From the NCBI GenBank assembly GCA_903848645.1, contig CAINGU010000059.1, positions 55,038-119,037 of the forward strand: a DNA stretch of 64,000 nt. Reading direction: 5' to 3'. The number at the start of each line of letters is the position of its first letter. The stretch's first letter is position 1. The notes beneath the pieces were generated by a model. That model saw only the letters and a list, made by a program, of their open reading frames with translations. It was not told the DNA's origin and did not search any database. Source of the stretch: an uncultured cyanobacterium (lineage in GTDB: Bacteria; Cyanobacteriota; Cyanobacteriia; Cyanobacteriales; Nostocaceae). Below are positions 9,469 to 18,254 of this stretch, piece after piece. Both the position numbers and the translations under genes were made by a program.

Positions 9469-10266
9469 ATGGACTACTTATTACTACCAGGTTTCAGCTT
9501 TTTTATTGGCATCATTGTGGGTTTAACAGGTATAGGTGGTGCATCTTTGATCACTCCCATGTTGATTTTTGTTTTTCAAGTCCCACCTTCTATTGCTATC
9601 AGTTCTGATGTGGTTGCAGCCACATTAATGAAAGTAGTAGGGGGAGTGAAACACTGGCAACAGAAAACTCTTGATTTAGAAATAGTTAAATGGCTATCAA
9701 TGGGTAGTGTTTCTGGTTCTTTATTGGGTGTAGGAGTTTTATCCCAACTCAGACAAAGTGGAGAACATAACCTCGATAACCTCTTGCTGCGGTTACTGGG
9801 AGTCATGATTCTGATAGTGACATTGACAGCATTAATACAAATGTTGTTGATGACATTTTTCCCGAAAGTTAATTTACCCGAACTGCCAAAATTAAATTTA
9901 AAAACCAATCAAGGACGTTTTCTGACTTTACTTATTGGCGCAATTTTAGGCTTTTGTGTGGGGATGACAAGCGTTTCATCAGGCTCTATGTTTGCCTTAG
10001 CTTTGATCGCATTTTTCCAGTTAGATGCCCGAAAATTGGTGGGTACAGATATTACTCAAGCCGCCATTTTACTAATATTTACGTCTCTGGGACATCTAAC
10101 TTTAGGAACTGTTGATTGGAGTCTAGTCATACCTATTTGGATAGGTTCTGTTCCTGGAGTTCTTATTGGTGCTAAACTTTGCGACATTACTCCTCAACGT
10201 CCACTAAGATTTATTATCTATAGTATCTTAATGATGGTAAGTTGGAAATTAGTCGCACAAGCGTAA
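9469..10266 (+). CDS. TauE/SafE (TSUP) family permease, second subfamily
   Basis: VGLTGIGGASLITP, GMTSVSSGS and LVGTDI motifs. Probable start is ATG at 9469. Confidence 0.92.
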   Translation: MDYLLLPGFSFFIGIIVGLTGIGGASLITPMLIFVFQVPPSIAISSDVVAATLMKVVGGVKHWQQKTLDLEIVKWLSMGSVSGSLLGVGVLSQLRQSGEHNLDNLLLRLLGVMILIVTLTALIQMLLMTFFPKVNLPELPKLNLKTNQGRFLTLLIGAILGFCVGMTSVSSGSMFALALIAFFQLDARKLVGTDITQAAILLIFTSLGHLTLGTVDWSLVIPIWIGSVPGVLIGAKLCDITPQRPLRFIIYSILMMVSWKLVAQA

Positions 10267-10289
10267 TTACCTTCGTACATCTTTGAATT

Positions 10290-10937
10290 TTAATTTCCCT
10301 GCCCAAATAATAGATTAAATGTCCCTCGTTCATACATAATAAATAGCCCCAAACCAATTAACACAAAAGGGACAATAGCCTGACCATAGCGACTTAAAAT
10401 ATAACCAATGTTAGCTTGACGATTTAATAAATCAGCGATACCGCACCAAATCCCTACCATGCCAAAAAATACTACCAAAATTATTCCTAAACCAACAATA
10501 TCTTGACCTGCAAATAGGGGGATGTAAATACTAATATTATCACCCCCATTGGCAACTGTTACAGCCGCAACTTTATAAGTGTTTGGATGTAAAATGCTTG
10601 ATAAAAAAGAAGATTGAGGGCTATTCTGTTCGGTATTCACTGTCTGAACTTCTCCACTTTCTTCTGCACGATTTACTAATTGCTTGATGCCAATAGCAAT
10701 TGGTAATAATCCTAGTAATCCAATCCATTTTTCTTCTATGACTAAGCCACCAAAGAACCCTGGTAAGCTGAGGATAATAATGGCTGTAAAGCCAATATAT
10801 TGACCGATAAAAATATGTCTACGGCGAAAATTTCTATCTATTTGCGAGAAAAATATTAACAGAATCATGATGTCGTCAATATTAGTAGCGGCAAAGGCAA
10901 TTATGCCTTCTGTAAAAGCAGTAGCAAGCCTATTCAT
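10290..10937 (-). CDS. cadD: CadD-family membrane protein, paralog 2
   Basis: FAATNIDDI, GQYIGF and ANGGDNISIYIP motifs. Confidence 0.88.
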   Translation of the reverse strand: MNRLATAFTEGIIAFAATNIDDIMILLIFFSQIDRNFRRRHIFIGQYIGFTAIIILSLPGFFGGLVIEEKWIGLLGLLPIAIGIKQLVNRAEESGEVQTVNTEQNSPQSSFLSSILHPNTYKVAAVTVANGGDNISIYIPLFAGQDIVGLGIILVVFFGMVGIWCGIADLLNRQANIGYILSRYGQAIVPFVLIGLGLFIMYERGTFNLLFGQGN

Positions 10938-11043
10938 GGTAAACTTGGATAATATACTCTTTAGTAAGAAGTCAGGAGAGGAATTTAAAAAGAAGTCATA
11001 ATAATTGTAACTCTAAATTTAAATTTTATTAAACTTATCTAAA

Positions 11044-11721
11044 ATGAACAATTTATTGACAGCAATTATCACAGGAGTAGTTGCTTTCATTGCCACTAAT
11101 ATTGATGATATTGTGATTTTGTTGGTGTTTTTTTCGCAAGTAAATGAGAATTTTCGCCCTTGGCAAATTGTTGTTGGTCAATATTTAGGTTTTACTATTC
11201 TCGTCATCTTGAGTTTACCTGGTTTATTTGGTGGGCTGATTTTGCCTCAATCATGGATTGGTTTACTAGGCTTAATTCCTATCGCTATTGGTATGAGTAG
11301 CTTAGTGAATAGAGAAACAGAACAATTAGCTGATGTTCCAGAAGATATAATACCATCTGCTACATCAACAAACAATTATTTTTTAACACCACAAATTTAC
11401 ACTGTGGCAGCAATAACTGTGGCGAATGGTAGTGATAATATTAGTATTTATATACCGTTATTTTCTAGCACTCAATTAGAGAGTTTTTTAATAATTATTG
11501 GGTTATTTTTTCTCCTTTTAGCAGTTTGGTGCTATATAGCATATCAGTTAACCCATCAGCAAAAAATAGCTGATTTTTTTACCAATTATGGTAATTATCT
11601 TGTGCCGTTTGTGCTGATGGGTTTAGGGGTTGTAATTGTATGGAAAAGTAAAGCTTTAAATCCGTTAAAACTCCTTGGTAGTTGTATTTGTTTGTTGGTT
11701 TTAGTAAAAAAGGACAATTGA
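11044..11721 (+). CDS. cadD: CadD-family membrane protein, paralog 3
   Basis: FIATNIDDI, GQYLGF and ANGSDNISIYIP motifs. Divergent from paralog 2. Confidence 0.88.
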   Translation: MNNLLTAIITGVVAFIATNIDDIVILLVFFSQVNENFRPWQIVVGQYLGFTILVILSLPGLFGGLILPQSWIGLLGLIPIAIGMSSLVNRETEQLADVPEDIIPSATSTNNYFLTPQIYTVAAITVANGSDNISIYIPLFSSTQLESFLIIIGLFFLLLAVWCYIAYQLTHQQKIADFFTNYGNYLVPFVLMGLGVVIVWKSKALNPLKLLGSCICLLVLVKKDN

Positions 11722-11775
11722 CAAATGAGCAATGATATTTTTTGCTATTTCCATCACCATACTTATTGATAACCA

Positions 11776-12258
11776 CTAAATGTAATACATGGGATTATAT
11801 TGGGCGCGAATCTCTCTTTCTTGACATAAATCTTGGAGTGTATAGCCGCGCAAAACCTCAATCGAAGCCGCGTTAGCTTGCTGCCAGATTTCCAGAACTA
11901 AAATTTTTTCTATGGTTGGAGTCTCGGAGCTTTCTTTCTCTTTCCGTTCACCTTCCACCAAGGTAACAATTTCTAGCAAAGTAATTTGCCAAGGCTCACG
12001 CATTAATACGAAACCTCCTTTTGAGCCACGTTGACTCTGTACTAAACCGGCACGTCGCAGTTGAGTGAGAATTTGTTCAAGATACCGTTCCGGGACGGGT
12101 TGCTTGGCGGCAATCTCGTTCATGGTTAGGGGAACTTTTTTATCGTGATGTCTGGCTAGTTCTAACAGTGCTAGGAGCGCATATTCCACTTTCGCCGAAA
12201 GATCCAGAAGAGCATAGTTTTGACTATTCAAATCTGTATTCAGAATACTACTGTACAT
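11776..12258 (-). CDS. Rrf2-family transcriptional regulator (CymR-like)
   Basis: KVEYALLALLEL, YLEQIL and SQRGSKGGFVL wHTH motifs. Only one Cys; C-terminus PMYYI. The true start may be TTG at 12231. Confidence 0.93.
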   Translation of the reverse strand: MYSSILNTDLNSQNYALLDLSAKVEYALLALLELARHHDKKVPLTMNEIAAKQPVPERYLEQILTQLRRAGLVQSQRGSKGGFVLMREPWQITLLEIVTLVEGERKEKESSETPTIEKILVLEIWQQANAASIEVLRGYTLQDLCQEREIRAQYNPMYYI

Positions 12259-12264
12259 TGATAG
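12249..12264 (+). promoter_or_regulatory. Candidate Rrf2 autoregulatory operator, site A
   Basis: TACTGTACATTGATAG overlaps or immediately precedes the Rrf2 start codon. Confidence 0.6.
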
Positions 12265-12525
12265 ATTTATCGGCTTTTAACCGCAATTAGTTTTATTTTA
12301 AGTGTTAAATGTGATATTATCACACTTGCACTAAATAAAGTATCATAACTCTATCGGATTTAAGGTGATTATCTGCAAAATTCTCAAAATTGCTTAACAC
12401 TCACTTGTCGCACTTCATTTTACAAGAGAAATACAAGTATTAAAATTTACTATATTTTATCTTGTATATACTTGAATGTCATTGGTAATTAATCTGCACA
12501 ACATCCCTGGCTTTTGCTTGTGAAA

Positions 12526-12570
12526 ACCAATTACCAATTACCAATTACCTATTACCTATTACCTATTACC
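12526..12570. repeat. STRR heptamer array (ACCAATT/ACCTATT)
   Basis: About six tandem heptamers; they also encode the last codons (GNR-stop) of the CHASE2 kinase. Confidence 0.85.
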
Positions 12571-14762
12571 AAAGATTTCAAATCATGAAGCACTGCTGTA
12601 GCTGATTGATAGCGATCGCTAAAATGGTAACAAACCATCTTATCTAAAATTGCAGCTAATTTTGTATTAACACTGATCTGATTTTGCCAAACAAAGTTAC
12701 CTGTATGGGGATTAATTTTGAGTTCTTGGGGAGGGATTCCTGTAATTGCTTGAATACCCATCATTCCCAAAGCATAAATATCACTACACAAGCGGGGATG
12801 ACCAGCAAATTGTTCCGGTGGTGCATAACCTTTTGTGCCAATAGCAATTGTTACTGCTGCTATAGATTCATTGATTGATGGCTGGATAAATTTAACTGCA
12901 CCAAAGTCTATTAATACCAATTTATTATTATGAATACATCTCATGATATTTGTCGGTTTAATATCTCGATGAATAACATGATGTTGATGTACAAATACCA
13001 AAATTTCTAATATCTCCTGGAGCATGGAAATAACAAACTCTTCACTTTTGCCATTTTGTTCAGGAGATAATTCTTCACTTAACGTATGTCCTTGAATATA
13101 TTCTTGAACTAAATAAAATTCTTGATTGTCTTCAAAATAAGCCAGGAGTTCGGGAATACAGGGATGTTTGCCTAATGTAGCTAAGATTTCAGCTTCAGTA
13201 TAAAATAATCTGCGGGCTATTTGTAAAAATTTATCATCCTGACGAGCCGGCATTAACTGTTTGACGACACAAATAGGCTCACCTGGACGATGATGATCTT
13301 GAGCTAAATAAGTGCGGCCAAAGCCACCAGCACCAAGGGTTTGTACGATTTGATAACGGCCACCTAATAATAATCCCCCGGTTTTTAATCTAGATATAGA
13401 TGTTTCATATTTAGTAGTAGGGTGATCAGAAATAGATTGTAGTAATGTAGTTTGATTTAATAGTAAATTTAACTGAGAAATTGCTTCTTTTTGTTGTTCA
13501 ACTTGTAAAATAATCCCTTGATTTTTCTGAGTTGTGTAACCCACGATGACAAAACTACCCATGATCAAACTAATCATAGGAGGAATCAAAGGTATCCAAA
13601 TGCCTTGGAGATATAAACCAGCAGCAATTCCCAGCAAACCCATGAGCAGAAAACTAGTCATCACTAGCAACATGAAAATATGTCGCCACTGCCATGCTAA
13701 AATTGCCCCAATTAGAGACCAAACCCAAATCCAACATAATTCCAATTGATCTGGCCAGTAATAAATTAGCGATCGCCCATCTAAGACTGTACTAATAATT
13801 TGACTAGCTATTTGGGCATGAATAAACATCCCAGCTATTCTTGCTGGTTGATCTGGGAGAGAACTGTAGGGAGTATAATAACCAGGATGGACACTATAAG
13901 CAGTAGTTCCAATAATAACTAACTTATCTTTTACCCAATTGGGGTTAACTTGATCTTGGAGAACTTGTGTTAAGGTAACTTGTTGAGCCAGGTGATCAAA
14001 ATGGCGATAATTTAACAGAATTTGGTAGCCGTTAGCATCTGTATTCTGATAACCACCAGCATTTTTATCTAAGCGAGGAAATACTGTTTTGCCAATTTCT
14101 AATTCTTGATTTTCATTAAAATTATATTTAATGCCTTGTTTTTCTAAATAATTAATGGCTAATAAACTAGCAAAGGAAAACTGGGTTACACATTTATTAT
14201 CTGTATGTGTAACTTCAGAAAATAATAAACTCCGGCGCAAAACTTGATCAGTTTCATTATCAGCAAGGACATCATTAAAACCCACATTCTCCATCGGGAA
14301 GTTAGGAGGTGGGGGAACTTCTGATCTACCAATATTGCTTAATAAACAAGTGGTGAAAATATTTTCTTTTTTTGGTAAATTAATTCCTAAATTCTTTTGT
14401 TCTGGACGATAAATATTTAAACCAATTACACGGGGTTGATGAGATTTTAATTTAGCTAATAATGTATTAATAGTTTTGTCAGATAAAGGCCATTTCTCTT
14501 GTTTGAGATCCTCTTCTGTAATTGTGACTAATAAAATCCGCCCATCTGCGGGTTCTAAAGGACGCGATCGCAACATTAAATCATAAGCACCTAACTCCAA
14601 TTTTTGCAACCATTTCAGTTCTCGTACTCCCCAAACTAACCCTGTTACCCCTATACTCGTTAGAAAAATGACAATTAACCAATTATAGGCAGCAACACTA
14701 CCAAAAGAATCCTGAGTTTTGAACAACCCAGTCCTAAATTTTGCAAGAATTCCCTTAATCAC
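12552..14762 (-). CDS. CHASE2-domain Ser/Thr protein kinase
   Basis: Extracytoplasmic CHASE2 region (DGRILLVTITEEDL, GMFIHAQIASQII), 3 TM segments, and a kinase domain with GAGGFG, HRDIKPTN, DFG and GYAPPEQ. Confidence 0.95.
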   Translation of the reverse strand: MIKGILAKFRTGLFKTQDSFGSVAAYNWLIVIFLTSIGVTGLVWGVRELKWLQKLELGAYDLMLRSRPLEPADGRILLVTITEEDLKQEKWPLSDKTINTLLAKLKSHQPRVIGLNIYRPEQKNLGINLPKKENIFTTCLLSNIGRSEVPPPPNFPMENVGFNDVLADNETDQVLRRSLLFSEVTHTDNKCVTQFSFASLLAINYLEKQGIKYNFNENQELEIGKTVFPRLDKNAGGYQNTDANGYQILLNYRHFDHLAQQVTLTQVLQDQVNPNWVKDKLVIIGTTAYSVHPGYYTPYSSLPDQPARIAGMFIHAQIASQIISTVLDGRSLIYYWPDQLELCWIWVWSLIGAILAWQWRHIFMLLVMTSFLLMGLLGIAAGLYLQGIWIPLIPPMISLIMGSFVIVGYTTQKNQGIILQVEQQKEAISQLNLLLNQTTLLQSISDHPTTKYETSISRLKTGGLLLGGRYQIVQTLGAGGFGRTYLAQDHHRPGEPICVVKQLMPARQDDKFLQIARRLFYTEAEILATLGKHPCIPELLAYFEDNQEFYLVQEYIQGHTLSEELSPEQNGKSEEFVISMLQEILEILVFVHQHHVIHRDIKPTNIMRCIHNNKLVLIDFGAVKFIQPSINESIAAVTIAIGTKGYAPPEQFAGHPRLCSDIYALGMMGIQAITGIPPQELKINPHTGNFVWQNQISVNTKLAAILDKMVCYHFSDRYQSATAVLHDLKSLVIGNR

Positions 14763-14858
14763 AATATTGAGGTATAAACCTGGATATGTAGCAGGTGACA
14801 GAATTGAAAGTCCTTGATTCTGTACTTAATTTACCTGCAATATGGTACATATAGCAAT

Positions 14859-15203
14859 TTATTCTCTTGAATCTTGAATATCCGATACCGGGGTAGATAT
14901 TGATAAAGAAATCGGAGTTGAGTTTACTGCTGATTCCAACTTCGGTACTTCCCCAGGGGTGATGACAGGGGTATTCCTGAAGTAAGAAGGCAAAATCTTA
15001 TCATAGTTAGAGGCAACTGCTAACAATGCCCCTCCTAAAATATAGATGGGTAATGGGACGGAAAAACCTCGTAACCACTTAAAAAACTCCGCTAAAGCAA
15101 ACAGGACAAAAAAGCATACAAGCCAAACTTTCATAAGTTTATTTGTTCGATACGATGTTATCTTCTCACTAATTTTAGTTTTTTTGGATTGAGAATAAAT
15201 CAA
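14859..15203 (-). CDS. Hypothetical membrane protein
   Basis: 114-aa ORF with two hydrophobic segments (MKVWLVCFFVLFALAEF; LPIYILGGALLAVASNY). The start may be the internal Met. Confidence 0.75.
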   Translation of the reverse strand: MIYSQSKKTKISEKITSYRTNKLMKVWLVCFFVLFALAEFFKWLRGFSVPLPIYILGGALLAVASNYDKILPSYFRNTPVITPGEVPKLESAVNSTPISLSISTPVSDIQDSRE

Positions 15204-15228
15204 TTAAAAGTTAAAAATTACAAAAAAC

Positions 15229-17859
15229 TTATATTTCATTCCTTAAAACTTCTGTAGCTTGCTCAACAGATAGTGGACGATATAAAAGAAATCCTTGGAC
15301 ATCATCACAGTTAATTGAGCGTAAAAACTCTAACTCTGCTGGCTGTTCTACACCTTCAGCAATTAACCTCAATCCTAAAGATCGTCCCAAGGTAACTATA
15401 GCTTGGATGATATGAGCGACTCTTTCATCTTTGGTGAGTTCTTTAATAAAAGAACGATCAATTTTGAGGTTATGGAATGGTAACACCTGTAGGCGAGAAA
15501 GGGAAGAATAACCTGTGCCAAAGTCATCAATGGCCAAAAGTAACCCCATTTGTGTCAAACTCTGTAATGCAGTTGTGGTGAAATCAAGATCCGCGATAGC
15601 TGTAGTTTCTGTAATCTCTAATTCTAAAAATTCTGGTTGTAGTTGAGTTACTGTTAAAATATTGGTTAATATTTCTACTAACTTAGGTTGGCGAAACTGG
15701 TTAGGAGAGAGATTGACGGCAATGGTAATTGGTGGATATCCTGCATCTTGCCAAGCTTTATTTTGCATACAAGCCTGACGTAATGCCCATTCACCAATAG
15801 AAATAATTAAGCCACTTTCTTCCGCTAGAGGAATAAAAACATTAGGAGAAACTATCCCCATTTCTGGGTGATACCAACGCAGTAAAGCCTCCATGCCTGT
15901 AATTTTACCTGTGGCAATATTAACGCGAGGCTGATAATACAACATCAGTTCTTCCCGTTCTAAAGCATGACGTAAACTTTTTTCTAAACTTAATAGTTCG
16001 GGATTTTTTTTACTGAGAGACTCTTTATAAAATTGGTAGTTATTTCTGCCTTCGTCTTTGGCGTAATATAAAGCTGCATCTGCGTGTTGAATGAGAGTTT
16101 CGGCATCAGGACTTTGTTTATTTAAGAGAGCTATGCCAATACTGGAACTAATATAAAGTTCATGTCCGTGGACATAAAAAGCATTTTCTAAACTTTGGAG
16201 AATATTTTGAGCGATTTGGATAATGGGTTGAGTTTCCGTTATTTGTGGTAAGAAAATAGTGAATTCATCACCACCCCAACGAGCCACAATATCTCCAGGT
16301 CTAATTGCATATCTGAGTCTTTGAGCGACAATTTTTAATAAGTCATCTCCGACGGTATGCCCCAAAGTATCATTAATGATTTTAAAGCGATCCAGATCCA
16401 GGAACATAACCGCAAGACTTTCCTCTATCTGAATTGCTTTTTGTATATTGCGTTGAAGTATATCGTTGAATTGTAAACGATTAGGTAATCCAGTCAGTAA
16501 GTCGTGCATGGCCTGATAGCGAATCTTTTCCTCTACTTGCTGACGTTGACGAGCGCCACTAATGCTTGCAGACATCGTTAAAAGGCTAGATTCTTCATGT
16601 TTTGACCAATCACGTTCTGCGGTACATTCAATTAAACCCAAACAACCCCAAAACTCTGTTTCTAATCTCAGAGGTACAAGCAGTAGCGATTTGATATTAT
16701 CTCCCATGAGCAGTTCTTTCTCGACTATGGGAAATACTTTGGTACGGCCACTAATAGTTTCACCCTGGGAGAGTGTGTTATACCAGCGTTCTAGTCCAGA
16801 GGTTTGATAAGACTGATTTTGCCAATGATAGTGGCTGGTTTCCGCACCAGATTTAATCCATTCAAACCGCATACTTAAGGATATTTCTCCAGTAATAGGA
16901 TGGGGATGGTTTTGAAATAGATAAACTCGTTCTACATTGGTAGCTTCTCCTAATGCTGCTAGTGCTTTTTCAATAGCTATCTCATAGTTCATTTCTGCTA
17001 ATAAATAGTTAGCTGCTTCAGCTACCCCTTGCAATAGGCGATCACGTTGTTTTAATTCTATTTCAGCTTTTTTCTGTTCTGTAATTTCTCTAATAATAAA
17101 AGTTCTAATTAAGTCACTTTCAGGTAAATAATGCACAGATTGTTCAAAAATTTCATCACCAACTGTTACTTCCCTCACAAAGGAATTTTGGTCTTGATTC
17201 TCAACTGCTTTGAGCAATTGTGTCAAAATTGGGTGTTCCTGACCTATCAGCCTTAAGTTGGGAAATTTAGCTGCTGCTGCTGGATTCAGATATGTTATTT
17301 TTCCCTCTAAATCCATTTCAATAATAGGATTAGGAATTAGTTCTGGAAAAGATGCTAACCTGGCTAAGGCTGCATCACTAGCGATTTCAAAGTTATGATC
17401 ATGTATAATTGCTGTATCAAAAGGAGAGGCAATATTGACTCTGCCAGAAAGGAAATCTGACAAATTACCCGTTTCACAAAATTCAGCAAATATTTGCTCT
17501 GAGAGGTTAGTAATTACGTAGTATTTAGCTTGAATATTATTTTTGCCAAAGGCAATCATGTCTCCATTTTGGAGATTATGAGACAGACATTTTTGTCCAT
17601 TAACAAATAAACCGTTGGTGCTTCTTTTCCCCTGAAAGTTGCCATCAATAATCCGAAAACCGTATTGGTCAGTATTAGGAATTGTTACTCTTAATAAAAT
17701 CGCGTGTTGCCTGGATACAGACCGCGAATGCAGAATAATAGCGTTCCTTAAGTCCCTTCCTAGAGAGTAAGTTGTCTCTAGTAAGGGAAGAGTTCGCTGC
17801 CCTTGTGGATCTTGGACAACTAATAGATGGCGGATTTTTTCCCTTTCATTTCCTACCAT
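15229..17859 (-). CDS. FHA-PAS-GAF-GGDEF-EAL diguanylate cyclase/phosphodiesterase
   Basis: FHA motifs LGRD, SRQHA and STNG; PAS segment NPIIEMD..YLNPAA; a GAF domain; RPGD I-site plus GGDEF; MEALLR; DDFGTG. Confidence 0.95.
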   Translation of the reverse strand: MVGNEREKIRHLLVVQDPQGQRTLPLLETTYSLGRDLRNAIILHSRSVSRQHAILLRVTIPNTDQYGFRIIDGNFQGKRSTNGLFVNGQKCLSHNLQNGDMIAFGKNNIQAKYYVITNLSEQIFAEFCETGNLSDFLSGRVNIASPFDTAIIHDHNFEIASDAALARLASFPELIPNPIIEMDLEGKITYLNPAAAAKFPNLRLIGQEHPILTQLLKAVENQDQNSFVREVTVGDEIFEQSVHYLPESDLIRTFIIREITEQKKAEIELKQRDRLLQGVAEAANYLLAEMNYEIAIEKALAALGEATNVERVYLFQNHPHPITGEISLSMRFEWIKSGAETSHYHWQNQSYQTSGLERWYNTLSQGETISGRTKVFPIVEKELLMGDNIKSLLLVPLRLETEFWGCLGLIECTAERDWSKHEESSLLTMSASISGARQRQQVEEKIRYQAMHDLLTGLPNRLQFNDILQRNIQKAIQIEESLAVMFLDLDRFKIINDTLGHTVGDDLLKIVAQRLRYAIRPGDIVARWGGDEFTIFLPQITETQPIIQIAQNILQSLENAFYVHGHELYISSSIGIALLNKQSPDAETLIQHADAALYYAKDEGRNNYQFYKESLSKKNPELLSLEKSLRHALEREELMLYYQPRVNIATGKITGMEALLRWYHPEMGIVSPNVFIPLAEESGLIISIGEWALRQACMQNKAWQDAGYPPITIAVNLSPNQFRQPKLVEILTNILTVTQLQPEFLELEITETTAIADLDFTTTALQSLTQMGLLLAIDDFGTGYSSLSRLQVLPFHNLKIDRSFIKELTKDERVAHIIQAIVTLGRSLGLRLIAEGVEQPAELEFLRSINCDDVQGFLLYRPLSVEQATEVLRNEI

Positions 17860-18254
17860 GCCTCTCCCTTAAAATCTCATGTATTTGAATAGCTTATACA
17901 AAACTTTTACTATATTGTGAATTATTACTATTTTCAATTATTTGCTGATTATCAGGTGGATTAACTATTTTACAGTCTATACAGCTAGTATGAACTGAAA
18001 AATTCCCAGGTATTCTCTTAACTGAGCAAAATATTAGCTAAGTCCAATTACATTTCAATTTTTGGTATTTTTTCTTACACATAAAATATCATACTATACT
18101 TACACTATATGATATAATATCTCATCCTACTTTGCACGGTTAATCACCCAATTTGCTAGTGAAGAAAAGACAGAACAATGACAAGTAAGATCGGAATCTT
18201 ACCAATTAGCGATTCTTTAGCTAAGATTGTTTGGGTATTCTCATTGTTGGACAA

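Noticed and set aside
5306-12610. Apparent absence of HIP1 sites across the sulfur cluster as evidence of horizontal transfer
   Set aside because: With a mean spacing of about 3 kb, a 7-kb gap is not unusual, and there are no flanking integrase, tRNA or direct repeats.
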